A DNA stretch of 64,000 nt from Clostridia bacterium. GTDB lineage: Bacteria > Bacillota > Clostridia > Christensenellales > CAG-138. Below the pieces are notes generated by a model. The model saw only the letters and a program-made list of their open reading frames with translations. It did not search any database and had not been told where the DNA came from. Both the position numbers and the translations under genes were made by a program. Positions 38,944 through 46,783 of the stretch are shown piece by piece; positions within the stretch are counted from its first letter, which is position 1, and each line of letters opens with the position of its first letter. The stretch lies in contig JAFWMS010000003.1 in assembly GCA_017545535.1 (NCBI GenBank), positions 41,991-105,990 of the forward strand, in the 5' to 3' direction.

Positions 38944-39680
38944 TTTTGTGCCTCCTTGTCGTCGATCAGTTTCAGGGTGTCGTCAATCGGCACCTCTGAC
39001 GAGGGTATCTCTGTTCCGTCATCTTTGGCCCGATACACGGCCTGCTGGGCTGCCAGAGGATCCCTGTCCCGCTTGAGGGCGTGGGCCACGCCCTTGGCAA
39101 TGGCGCCGCCGATGACCAGGCCCGTTGCCGCTTCCACCAGGCCCTGGACGCCTACCGCCAATATAATGAACATAATGGGGCCGCTGGCGCCCAGCTTGCT
39201 CACCAAATTCTGGACGAATTCGCTCCGGTAGAACACCAGCACGATGAAGCCCATGAAGAACAGGGTGTTGAGCACCGGGGCCAAAAGACCGCCGGCGAAA
39301 TAGCTCCAGGTATGCTTTCTGTCCACCTTGCTGAACAGGCGGAACAGCCAGCCCGTCACCGCGCCCACCAGGGCCCGGGTGCCCACGCAGAGGAGGACCG
39401 TCAAAAAGGGGCTCTCCTGAAAGAAAAAATGCGTCATCGCGGACTTCCCGGTGATGGCGTCGTACAGGCTGGTGAGGCCGAAGAAGGCGCCCAGGATCGT
39501 GCCGGCGAGAGGCCCCAACAGCATAGAGCCGATGGCGATGGGGATCATGGTGAAGGTCATGACCAGGGGGCCAACGGGGATACTGGACAATCCCGTGATC
39601 TTCATCACCAGGATGATGCCCACGAACAGAGCCGCTTCAGCCAGATACCTTGTGCTGAACTTCTTCTTTTCCATATTCAT
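38940..39680 (-). CDS. ECF-transporter S component (pantothenate-type suggested by context)
   Basis: 246 aa with about 6 TM segments, resembling an S component. ATGA coupling to coaX. The C-terminal tail is soluble and charged. Confidence 0.75.
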   Translation of the reverse strand: MNMEKKKFSTRYLAEAALFVGIILVMKITGLSSIPVGPLVMTFTMIPIAIGSMLLGPLAGTILGAFFGLTSLYDAITGKSAMTHFFFQESPFLTVLLCVGTRALVGAVTGWLFRLFSKVDRKHTWSYFAGGLLAPVLNTLFFMGFIVLVFYRSEFVQNLVSKLGASGPIMFIILAVGVQGLVEAATGLVIGGAIAKGVAHALKRDRDPLAAQQAVYRAKDDGTEIPSSEVPIDDTLKLIDDKEAQK

Positions 39681-39800
39681 TTACCTCCTTGCTTGTGTTC
39701 GCTTTTGGCGATACACTGCGTAGAATAGGGCTTTGGGTGCCGCCCCTTCGTCCTGCTGTCCCATAGGGTATAGCAGACGGGCTTTCCCCTTGCCAAGGTG

Positions 39801-39829
39801 ATTATAGCGTATGGAGGCGGGGGATGCAA
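39801..39829 (-). promoter_or_regulatory. Promoter of the S-component/coaX operon
   Basis: Minus-sense TTGCAT (39829-24), 17-nt spacer, TATAAT (39806-01). It predicts a 5' UTR of about 114 nt. Confidence 0.7.
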
Positions 39830-39852
39830 TCCTTTTTTGTTCCGGCAGTGCG

Positions 39853-39881
39853 TTGCATTTATGCCGGGTCTGTGGTATATT
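39853..39881 (+). promoter_or_regulatory. Promoter of coaBC
   Basis: TTGCAT (39853-58), 17-nt spacer ending TGG, TATATT (39876-81). Confidence 0.7.
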
Positions 39882-39920
39882 CTTCTTATCTTGGGATAGT
39901 TTCGAAAAGGAGGATGCGCT

Positions 39921-41114
39921 ATGCTTCAGGGAAAGACCATCGTGCTGGGGGTGACCGGCGGCATTGCCTGCTTCAAGGCGGCAGCGTTGGCGTCCCTGCT
40001 GAAGAAGCAGCATGCCGACGTGCAGGTCATCATGACGAAAAACGCCACGGAGTTCGTCACGCCCCTGACCTTCGAGCAGCTCACGGGGAACCGGGCCCTG
40101 GTGGACACCTTCGATCGGAACTTTAGGTATGACGTGGGGCATATCGCCGTGGCGGACCGGGCGGACTATGTGCTCATCGCCCCCGCCACCGCCAACGTGA
40201 TCGCGAAGCTGGCCCACGGTCTGGCGGACGACATGCTGACCACCACGGTCCTGGCCTGCACCTGCCCCAAGGCCGTGGCCCCCGCTATGAACACCAACAT
40301 GTATGAGAACCCGGTGACCCAGGACAATCTGGCCATCCTCAAGAAGTACGGCTGGGAGGTCATCGACCCCGCCAGCGGGCACCTGGCCTGCGGTGCCGTG
40401 GGGAAGGGCCGGCTCCCGGAGCCGGAGGATCTTTTGGAGGTCTGCCTCCACGCCCTTGCCCGCGAGAAGGACATGGCGGGGAAGCGGGTGCTGGTCACCG
40501 CCGGCCCCACCCGGGAAGCTCTGGATCCGGTCCGCTACCTCACCAACCACTCCTCTGGCCGCATGGGCTACGCTATCGCCAGGGCCGCCGCCCGCCGGGG
40601 CGCTAAGGTGACACTGGTCTCTGGTCCCACGGCTCTGAAAAAGCCAGCCTATGTGGAGACGGTGGACGTGGTCTCCGCTCAGGATATGTTTGAGGCCGTG
40701 ACCGGCCGCGCGCCGGACATGGACATCGTCATCAAGGCCGCCGCCGTGGCGGACTACCGGCCCGCCGCCGTGGCCGACAATAAAATAAAGAAGAAGGACG
40801 GCGACATGGCCATCCCCCTGGAGCGCACAAAGGATATCCTGGGGACCCTGGGGGCCAACAAGCGGCCAGGCCAGTTCCTCTGCGGCTTCTCCATGGAGAC
40901 GGAGAACATGGTGGAAAACAGCAAAAAGAAGCTGGAAAAGAAGCACCTCGACATGATCGCCGCCAACAACGTGAAGGTGGCTGGGGCCGGCTTCGGCGTG
41001 GACACCAACGTTTTGACCCTCATCACCCCCGACGGCATGACGGAGTTGCCCCTCATGAGCAAGGACGATGCCGCCGATGCCCTGCTGGACGCCATCCTGA
41101 GCCGAATGAAATAA
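39921..41114 (+). CDS. coaBC: Bifunctional phosphopantothenoylcysteine decarboxylase/synthetase
   Basis: 397 aa. N-terminal flavoprotein domain (IVLGVTGGIACFKA) plus a CoaB domain (VTAGPTREALDPVRYLTNHSSGRMG). Confidence 0.94.
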   Translation: MLQGKTIVLGVTGGIACFKAAALASLLKKQHADVQVIMTKNATEFVTPLTFEQLTGNRALVDTFDRNFRYDVGHIAVADRADYVLIAPATANVIAKLAHGLADDMLTTTVLACTCPKAVAPAMNTNMYENPVTQDNLAILKKYGWEVIDPASGHLACGAVGKGRLPEPEDLLEVCLHALAREKDMAGKRVLVTAGPTREALDPVRYLTNHSSGRMGYAIARAAARRGAKVTLVSGPTALKKPAYVETVDVVSAQDMFEAVTGRAPDMDIVIKAAAVADYRPAAVADNKIKKKDGDMAIPLERTKDILGTLGANKRPGQFLCGFSMETENMVENSKKKLEKKHLDMIAANNVKVAGAGFGVDTNVLTLITPDGMTELPLMSKDDAADALLDAILSRMK

Positions 41115-41123
41115 GCCCTGTCC

Positions 41124-42206
41124 ATGGAAATCGAACCACTTAACCAGACAAAAGCCTGTTCTAAGACCCTGACTCATCCCACTTGGGCGGAGCTGCAGTC
41201 CCTGCTCTCCCTCTATAGCGTAGAGGGCGTGGCGGGCGCGGGCCTCATCGACACCTCCCACGACGCCCGGGACATCCGCTGGAACTACATCGTCGATAAT
41301 ACATATGTGCTGCGGCTCACCAACGCCCCGGAGATGACGGAGGAACGGCTGGATGATCTCAATCGGCTCATCGGCCGCTATGCCGACTTCGGCCTCCGGT
41401 GCCCCGCCTTTCTGAAGGGGACGGACGGCCGATTCTTCCATAACTGGCGGGAACTGACGGTGTACCTCTCCGAATATGTGGACCTGCCCATAGCCGATGA
41501 AGCGGACCTTACCGAGGCGGAGGAGGACGCCCTGCGGCGGGAGGTAATCCTGTCCATTGGGGCGTTCATGGAGCGATACAAGGGTGTGGACCTGATCCCT
41601 ACCATGGGCATGTACAGCCTCTTCGATCTTAGCCCCTATGATGTGCCGGAGGGCATCGACGAGAAGCAGTGGAACATGAATAACCTGACCGCTGCCCTGC
41701 GCAAGGCGGGGGAGGAGGGCTTGGCTGCCCGTCTGGAAGCGAAGAATCAGGCTGTCCGGGCCCGGCTCCTGACGATGTATAAAGAGCTGCCCAGGTGCGT
41801 GACTCAGGCGGACGAGGGCTTCGGCAACGTGCTGTTGGATGAGGAGAAGCACTTGGCTGGTCTCATCGATTTCAACCTGTCCGGCACGGACGTGTGCGTG
41901 AACCTGATTGCCAACAACGCTGATTTTGATTTGGACATCCGGCACGACAGGCCTTTGGATCCAGACGAGACCCTGGAAAAGGCCATCATGAGCTATCGCA
42001 GCAACGCCGCCAGGATCCTTGAGGCCTATCACGCCACCGAGGCGGAGCGCAACGCCCTCAAGGACTATGCCTGGATCGCTCTCGCTTCCCAATACCCCTG
42101 CGCCAGCGCCTTTGCGGACAGGCTGGAGAAGGAGGCGTCCCGGCCCTCCACACTGGCCCTCCTGGAAATGATCGCGGCGCTGGATACGGGCAGACTGGCC
42201 GTATAG
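41124..42206 (+). CDS. Aminoglycoside-phosphotransferase-like (APH/kinase fold) protein
   Basis: 360 aa with QADEGFGNVLLDEEKHLAGLIDFNLSG, resembling the HxDxxxxN...DF kinase core. No clear RBS, so the start is uncertain. Confidence 0.7.
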   Translation: MEIEPLNQTKACSKTLTHPTWAELQSLLSLYSVEGVAGAGLIDTSHDARDIRWNYIVDNTYVLRLTNAPEMTEERLDDLNRLIGRYADFGLRCPAFLKGTDGRFFHNWRELTVYLSEYVDLPIADEADLTEAEEDALRREVILSIGAFMERYKGVDLIPTMGMYSLFDLSPYDVPEGIDEKQWNMNNLTAALRKAGEEGLAARLEAKNQAVRARLLTMYKELPRCVTQADEGFGNVLLDEEKHLAGLIDFNLSGTDVCVNLIANNADFDLDIRHDRPLDPDETLEKAIMSYRSNAARILEAYHATEAERNALKDYAWIALASQYPCASAFADRLEKEASRPSTLALLEMIAALDTGRLAV

Positions 42207-42299
42207 ACCGCATGTTTATGATCTGACTGCAGAATCAGGTATAGGACCTTCCCGACCGTGGCAGAATAGGCAAAAAGCACGGTCCAGGGAGGTCCTTTT

Positions 42300-43115
42300 A
42301 TGGAGCTGTCAAAGAAGCAAATTTGGGTGATCTCGATCGTCAGCGGGGTGGTCCTGCTGCTGGCGATCGGGGCGGCAGTGTTCCTTTCGCCTGGAGCGGC
42401 TGATGCCCCCGAGACTTCGCCGGAGCCGTCCTCCACGCCAACGGAATCCCCCGCGCCCACCGGGACCCCGACGCCTACGATTTTCCTGCTGCCCCTGGTG
42501 CCTCAATGGGATACGCCCCAGCCTACGGCAGCATCCGGCGCGGTGGGCGACTTTGTACCCCAAACCGGGGCGCCGCCTCAAGAGACGTTAGAGGAGGGGG
42601 AGGAGGGCCCCTGGGTGAGCGCCGGTGACGAGCATAGCAAGGACATTTTGGCGGTCGGCCTTCAGGAGGGAAGGACGGCCGCCTTGCTGTTGCTGCAGCT
42701 TGTGGGGGACGAGCTGACGATCACGGCGCTGCCCATGGAGAGGACGCTCCTGCCGGGACCGACCCTGGCGGACCAGGGGGCTCAGGCGACATCGCTGGTG
42801 GAGGCGGCGACGGGGCGTCGGTACGGGGCCTGGATGGCGCTGGATCTAAAGTGCTTGCCCGCCGTGCAGGCGATCACCGGTCTCTTGGCCGCGACGGGAG
42901 CGGAGACCCTTGCAAAGCCCGGGGATGCGCTGGCCTTGGCGGAGGGGGCGCTGTCCTATGTCCGGCGGGCCTCCGTCTGGCAGTTCCCTTCGCTGAAGCA
43001 GGCCATAGGGGACGGCTTTGCTTCGAATCTATCCGTCTGGGAGCTGTGGAAGCTGCTGTGGGCCCTGCGGAGCCTGGGGACCCTTCGCTGCCAGACGATG
43101 CCCCTTTCTGAGTAA
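42300..43115 (+). CDS. Membrane-anchored hypothetical protein with Pro/Thr/Ser-rich linker
   Basis: 271 aa. GGGAGG RBS, a single N-terminal TM segment, then a PETSPEPSSTPTESPAPTGTPTPT linker. Confidence 0.65.
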   Translation: MELSKKQIWVISIVSGVVLLLAIGAAVFLSPGAADAPETSPEPSSTPTESPAPTGTPTPTIFLLPLVPQWDTPQPTAASGAVGDFVPQTGAPPQETLEEGEEGPWVSAGDEHSKDILAVGLQEGRTAALLLLQLVGDELTITALPMERTLLPGPTLADQGAQATSLVEAATGRRYGAWMALDLKCLPAVQAITGLLAATGAETLAKPGDALALAEGALSYVRRASVWQFPSLKQAIGDGFASNLSVWELWKLLWALRSLGTLRCQTMPLSE

Positions 43116-43134
43116 AAATATTTTAGGAAAGCGG

Positions 43135-43163
43135 TTGACAGAAGCCGACATCTCATATATAAT
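43135..43163 (+). promoter_or_regulatory. Consensus promoter of the tRNA array
   Basis: TTGACA (43135-40), 17-nt spacer, TATAAT (43158-63). Confidence 0.85.
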
Positions 43164-43188
43164 AACTCCCGCATGAAAAATCGTGTGG

Positions 43189-43264
43189 GGGAGCATAGCT
43201 CAGCTGGGAGAGCACTTGCCTTACAAGCAAGGGGTCACAGGTTCGAGCCCTGTTGTTCCCACCA
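43189..43264 (+). tRNA. tRNA-Val (TAC)
   Basis: Hand-folded cloverleaf. GGGAGCA/TGTTCCC acceptor, CTTGC-CTTACAA-GCAAG anticodon arm, ACAGG-TTCGAGC-CCTGT T arm, CCA encoded. Confidence 0.92.
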
Positions 43265-43271
43265 GATATTC

Positions 43272-43348
43272 GGCCCGGTAGTACAGTTGGTTAGTACGCC
43301 AGCCTGTCACGCTGGAGGTCAGGGGTTCGAGCCCCCTCCGGGTCGCCA
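43272..43348 (+). tRNA. tRNA-Asp (GTC)
   Basis: GGCCCGG/CCGGGTC acceptor, CCAGC-CTGTCAC-GCTGG anticodon arm, AGGGG-TTCGAGC-CCCCT T arm, CCA encoded. Confidence 0.92.
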
Positions 43349-43352
43349 ATGT

Positions 43353-43428
43353 GCCTCGGTAGCTCAGTTGGTAGAGCAAGGGACTGAAAATCCCTGTGTC
43401 GGTGGTTCAAGTCCACTCTGAGGCACCA
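43353..43428 (+). tRNA. tRNA-Phe (GAA)
   Basis: GCCTCGG/CTGAGGC acceptor, AGGGA-CTGAAAA-TCCCT anticodon arm, GGTGG-TTCAAGT-CCACT T arm, CCA encoded. Confidence 0.92.
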
Positions 43429-43436
43429 TTTTTTTT

Positions 43437-43512
43437 GCGGGAATAGCTCATTTGGTAGAGCGCAGCCTTGCCAAGGCTGAGGTGGCGGGTTCGAGCCCCG
43501 TTTCCCGCTCCA
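43437..43512 (+). tRNA. tRNA-Gly (GCC)
   Basis: GCGGGAA/TTCCCGC acceptor, CAGCC-TTGCCAA-GGCTG anticodon arm, GCGGG-TTCGAGC-CCCGT T arm, CCA encoded. Confidence 0.92.
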
Positions 43513-43515
43513 TAT

Positions 43516-43589
43516 GGCGCCATAGCCAAGCGGTAAGGCACGGGTCTGCAAAACCCTCATCCCCGGTTCGATTCCGGGTGGCGCCTCCA
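43516..43589 (+). tRNA. tRNA-Cys (GCA)
   Basis: GGCGCCA/TGGCGCC acceptor, CGGGT-CTGCAAA-ACCCT anticodon arm, CCCGG-TTCGATT-CCGGG T arm, CCA encoded. 74 nt. Confidence 0.92.
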
Positions 43590-43590
43590 A

Positions 43591-43627
43591 AAACAAACAG
43601 CATCCGAAAGGATGCTGTTTGTTTTTG
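43591..43627 (+). terminator. tRNA-array terminator
   Basis: CAAACAGCATCC-GAAA-GGATGCTGTTTG followed by TTTTT. Confidence 0.85.
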
Positions 43628-43807
43628 GAGATGCCGCTCCCACATCAACCGATACGCCAGTATCCGGTTCGTTCCGGGCAGCGAAGCTGCGGCTCGGCAG
43701 TGAATGAAGCCCCAGTGGGGCTTCAGAGCCGGGCCGTGACCGAGCCCGCAGGCGAGAGCGCCTCCAAAAACAAAAACCACCCCGAAGCGGGTGGTTTTGA
43801 TTTTTTA
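43626..43807 (+). repeat. tRNA-Cys-linked structured module plus its own terminator
   Basis: It starts TGGAGATGCCGCTCC and ends GAGAGCGCCTCCA. The 17-mer GCGCCTCCAAAAACAAA is repeated at 43581-97 and 43758-74. It contains a GAAGCCCC-AGT-GGGGCTTC hairpin and an ACCACCC...GGGTGGT terminator like those of the Thr-linked modules. Confidence 0.8.
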
Positions 43808-43860
43808 GAGATGTTACTCCCCCATCGACCGGCGCGTCAGCGCCGATTTGTTCCAGACAG
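43806..43860 (+). repeat. Truncated second copy of the Cys-linked module
   Basis: TTAGAGATGTTACTCCCCCATCGACCGGCGCGTCAGCGCCGATTTGTTCC aligns with the module start TGGAGATGCCGCTCCCACATCAACCGATACGCCAGTATCCGGTTCGTTCC. The hairpin sequence is swapped but still pairs. Confidence 0.65.
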
Positions 43861-43917
43861 TGTCCGTTACAACGATCCTCTTTTTCCGTCGACAAAACGT
43901 TTCATTTTCTCAAGGGA

Positions 43918-44154
43918 TCAGGGGCTGACGGCGTGCTCCATTTTGCAGGCGTCCTGCTCAGCGGTGGCGGGATCGATGCACATGGCGATCAGGCAGGATT
44001 TCAGGACATGGTGCGTGTTGGCAGCCTGTTCTGCCGCTTCCCGTTCAGTTTTCGTCAGGCAGATCCGTTTGTCCGCATCCATGGTCAAATAGCTGCCCTC
44101 GCGCAGGTGCTTCATGGCTTTGCTGACGCTGGGCTTGGTCACATGGAGCAGTAG
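43918..44154 (-). pseudogene. 5'-truncated DtxR/MntR-family metalloregulator
   Basis: VTKPSVSKAMKHLREGSYLTMDADKRICLTKTEREAAEQ...DACKMEHAVSP matches the central and C-terminal part of small DtxR-like repressors. The N-terminal HTH (~35 aa) is missing and an in-frame stop lies at about 44155. Confidence 0.7.
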
Positions 44155-44211
44155 TTAGAGAACGCTAACTTGCGGCGAGGGGATGTATCCTCAGCAAAAG
44201 GAGGACGGCCC

Positions 44212-44600
44212 ATGCGATATCTGATGGTGCCTGCAGGGATGTGGGCGCTGTTCGCCAGGAGTTTTCGAGAGGGTCTGACGGAGGTGTTGGGCTATGACGG
44301 TCCTACGGCGGCACAGATCACGAAAAAACCCACAGGGGATACCGGGAACTGATCAAAAGGCTGCCGACCTTTGAAAAGGGCGACCGGTTCAAAATGAACA
44401 TCGTGAGCTGCGTCATGTTGTCGGCCTTCGTGCTGAACATGCCGAAGCGGCCGACCGTGGAGGAGCTGACGAGGTATTACGCCGCCGCCATGATGATCGG
44501 GCCCCTGCGGCGGCAGCTGCGCCTCCTGCGGCCAATGCGGCGCGGCCAAAGGGGCCATAGGGATGATCATACCAGCGGCGTCCCAGGAGGCCCTTTCTGA
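44212..44600 (+). pseudogene. Frameshifted ATC-hydrolase-like (PF14196-like) gene
   Basis: MRYLMVPAGMWALFARSFREGL...AAQITKK continues in another frame as THRGYRELIKRLPTFEKGDRFKMNIVSCVMLSAFVLNMPKRPTVEELTRYYAAAMM. The shift is at the A6 run near 44325 and the tail diverges. Confidence 0.65.
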
Positions 44601-44649
44601 TGGAGCTATAAACCGGAGAAGTCGCCTCCTCCGTTTTGCTGTCATCGGA

Positions 44650-44679
44650 TTGACAGAGGCCGCTGCGCTAAAGTATACT
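44650..44679 (+). promoter_or_regulatory. Promoter upstream of the panE fragment and cbiL
   Basis: TTGACA (44650-55), 18-nt spacer, TATACT (44674-79). Confidence 0.65.
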
Positions 44680-44713
44680 TTTAGGACGACAGTGGGAAAC
44701 GGAAGGATGGACC

Positions 44714-45010
44714 ATGCGGATCCTTGTTTACGGCGCCGGGGTGATCGGTGCCAATCTGGCGGCGGACCTTTTTGCTTCCGGGAAAGACGTGACCCTCCTG
44801 ACGAGAGGCCCGTGGGCGGATACCTTGGAGAGGGACGGCTTGACCGTCAAGCCGGCGTTCTCCCTGCGAAAAAGGACGTATCACATCCCGATCATCCGTG
44901 AACTGAAAAGCTACGACGCCTACGACGTGATCTTTGTGGTCATGCGCTTTACTCAGTATCCCACCTATCGGAAGCTGGAAGCGGACGCCAAAGAGCATTT
45001 GAAGGGCTGA
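44714..45010 (+). pseudogene. 3'-truncated ketopantoate reductase (ApbA/PanE N-terminal domain only)
   Basis: MRILVYGAGVIGANLAADL... is a Rossmann N-terminus. It is only 98 aa where the family is about 300 aa, and the last ~17 aa are unrelated. Confidence 0.65.
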
Positions 45011-45039
45011 ACAGAGAACGGGCAGGAAGGGGACAAAGC

Positions 45040-45747
45040 ATGGGAGGCATTGCATACGGCGTGGGCGTAGGCCCGGGCGATCCGGAGCTGATGACGCAGA
45101 AGGCCATCCGGATCCTGCGGGAGAACGACGTGATTGCCGTCCCGGGCAAGGAGGCTAAGGAATCCATCGCATATACGATCGCCGCGGCCGTGGTGCCGGA
45201 ACTCGTTCAAAAGGAGCTGGTGCCGATCCCCATGCCCATGGTGCGGGATCGAAAGCTTCTGCAAGAGGCCCATATCAGGGGCGTTCGCCTGATAGAGAGC
45301 TATCTGGATCAAGGCAAAAACGTGATCTATCTCACCCTGGGCGACCCGTCCATCTACTGCTCCTTCAGCTATCTGCAGCAGATCCTGCTGTCGGACGGGT
45401 ATGCCGTGGAGACGGTCCCGGGCGTCCCCTCCTTCTGCGCGGCTGCGGCCAGGTTGAACCTGCCCCTGACGGAGTGGGACGAGCCTATGCATCTGATGCC
45501 CGCCGCCCATGAAACGAGAGAAACGCTCCAAGAGCCCGGCACCTATGTCTTGATGAAATCCTCCAGCTCCATGGCGGAGACGAAAGAGCGGCTTCGAAAC
45601 AGCAAAAAAGAGGTTTTCGCCGTGGAAAACTGCGGGATGGGTACGGAAAGGATATTCCGTGGCGTGGAAGAGATCCCCGATGATGCCGGTTATTTATCTT
45701 TGCTCATCGCCAAGGACCCAGTGGGGACGGACCATGCTGCGTCCTAA
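45040..45747 (+). CDS. cbiL: Cobalt-precorrin-2 C20-methyltransferase
   Basis: 235 aa with YGVGVGPGDPELMT, TLGDPSIY and VPGVPSF tetrapyrrole-methylase motifs in the CbiL arrangement. Confidence 0.88.
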   Translation: MGGIAYGVGVGPGDPELMTQKAIRILRENDVIAVPGKEAKESIAYTIAAAVVPELVQKELVPIPMPMVRDRKLLQEAHIRGVRLIESYLDQGKNVIYLTLGDPSIYCSFSYLQQILLSDGYAVETVPGVPSFCAAAARLNLPLTEWDEPMHLMPAAHETRETLQEPGTYVLMKSSSSMAETKERLRNSKKEVFAVENCGMGTERIFRGVEEIPDDAGYLSLLIAKDPVGTDHAAS

Positions 45748-45829
45748 GCCTGAACCGCAACGTCCCTGGACGTGATTTGATCTTGGGTGCTGGTTGCTTT
45801 GGAGGCTCGTTTTCATTTAGGAGGATAGT

Positions 45830-46345
45830 ATGCGGATCGAAACGGAACGATTGCTGATCACGGACTTTCGGGCGGACATGGCCGAGGCCGTGCATAGGAA
45901 CTCTTTGGACGAGGACAACCGGCGCTTCGTGCCGGACGAGGTCTTCGAGACGGTGGAGGAGGCCCGGGAGGTGGTGACCTTCCTCATGGGCCGGTACGGC
46001 GGGACGGAGGGGCCCTTCGTCCATCCCATTCTCTTGAAGTCCGGGGAAAATATCGGCTACGTGCAGCTGGTGAAGCTGCCGGAGGGCTGGGAGCTGGGGT
46101 ACCATGTGGCCAAGGACCATACCAACCGAGGCTACGCCACGGAGGCCGTGCGGGCCTTTTTGCCGGCCATGGCGGAAAGGATGGGGCTCTCCCAGATCCT
46201 CGGCATCTGCCTGGCGGAGAACCACGCCTCCGCCCGGGTGATGGAAAAGTGCGGCTTCCGACCTTTGTTCCGAGGCGTCGGCCCCTATCAGGGCGCGCAA
46301 CGGGAGATCATCAAAAACGCATGGTACCCTGCAGCCCAAGCTTAG
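45830..46345 (+). CDS. GNAT-family N-acetyltransferase (RimJ/RimL-like)
   Basis: 171 aa with RLLITDF and the acetyl-CoA motif HTNRGYATEAVRAFL. AGGAGG RBS. Confidence 0.85.
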   Translation: MRIETERLLITDFRADMAEAVHRNSLDEDNRRFVPDEVFETVEEAREVVTFLMGRYGGTEGPFVHPILLKSGENIGYVQLVKLPEGWELGYHVAKDHTNRGYATEAVRAFLPAMAERMGLSQILGICLAENHASARVMEKCGFRPLFRGVGPYQGAQREIIKNAWYPAAQA

Positions 46346-46366
46346 CTCGATGACGGCCCTTTTGTC

Positions 46367-46396
46367 TTGACAGCGGGGCTGATAAGGGGATATACT
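46367..46396 (+). promoter_or_regulatory. Promoter of the cobalamin riboswitch transcript
   Basis: TTGACA (46367-72), 18-nt spacer, TATACT (46391-96). Confidence 0.7.
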
Positions 46397-46402
46397 GTAA
46401 CA

Positions 46403-46600
46403 AAATTGAATAGTCAGTCGGTGCCCTTGCCGCCCGGAGGGAGGCAAGGGGTAAAAGGGAAACAGGTGAAAGGCCTGTGCGATCTCGTCACTGTATGCGG
46501 AAGAGTCCGTCGGGCGCCAAAAGGCGCGGCCACTGGGAAACCGGGAAGGCGATGGGCGAAGCGCCGCGAGCCAGGAAACCTGCCGTCTGTCGGTACGGGA
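46403..46600 (+). ncRNA. Cobalamin (B12) riboswitch
   Basis: Conserved blocks GGTGCC (46420), AAAAGGGAA (46453), AGGTGAAA (46464) and GCCACTGGGAAACCGGGAAGGC (46529). B12 box AGCCAGGAAACCTGCC (46569-84). It lies upstream of corrinoid uptake and biosynthesis genes. Confidence 0.9.
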
Positions 46601-46783
46601 AAAGATGTTTTCCAGATCACGAGGGATTGATCGTGTACCATGCTCCCGCTTTGGGGCGCTCTTTACACGCAGTCTCTTTGCCAGCAGGTGAAGAGCTTTT
46701 TTCGTGCCGTGGGTTTCGCTGATGTACCTATTATATACATCGGGGGACGCTCGGGCGTCCCAATAAAAAATGAGGAGGAACCT

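Noticed and set aside
43173-43895. ORFs 43173..43421, 43291..43596, 43448..43780, 43452..43703 and 43557..43895 over the tRNA array.
   Set aside because: They are translations of tRNA genes, terminators and modules. None has a start context.
37458-45010. Search for an integrase, transposase or reverse transcriptase that could explain the tRNA-end modules and the decay zone.
   Set aside because: No ORF in this interval, or anywhere in the window, shows tyrosine or serine recombinase, DDE, HUH or RT motifs. Mobility therefore remains an inference and no mobile_element feature was called.
46690-46712. Intrinsic terminator for the riboswitch expression platform (GCTCTT...AAGAGC plus TTTTTT).
   Set aside because: The T6 run is clear, but I could not draw a convincing stable stem by eye. 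This needs folding software before a call is made.
46640-46783. N-terminal 48-aa extension of the 939-aa track ORF, and ORF 46367..46630.
   Set aside because: Both overlap the cobalamin riboswitch and its expression platform. A GAGGAGG RBS and a canonical signal peptide begin at ATG 46784.
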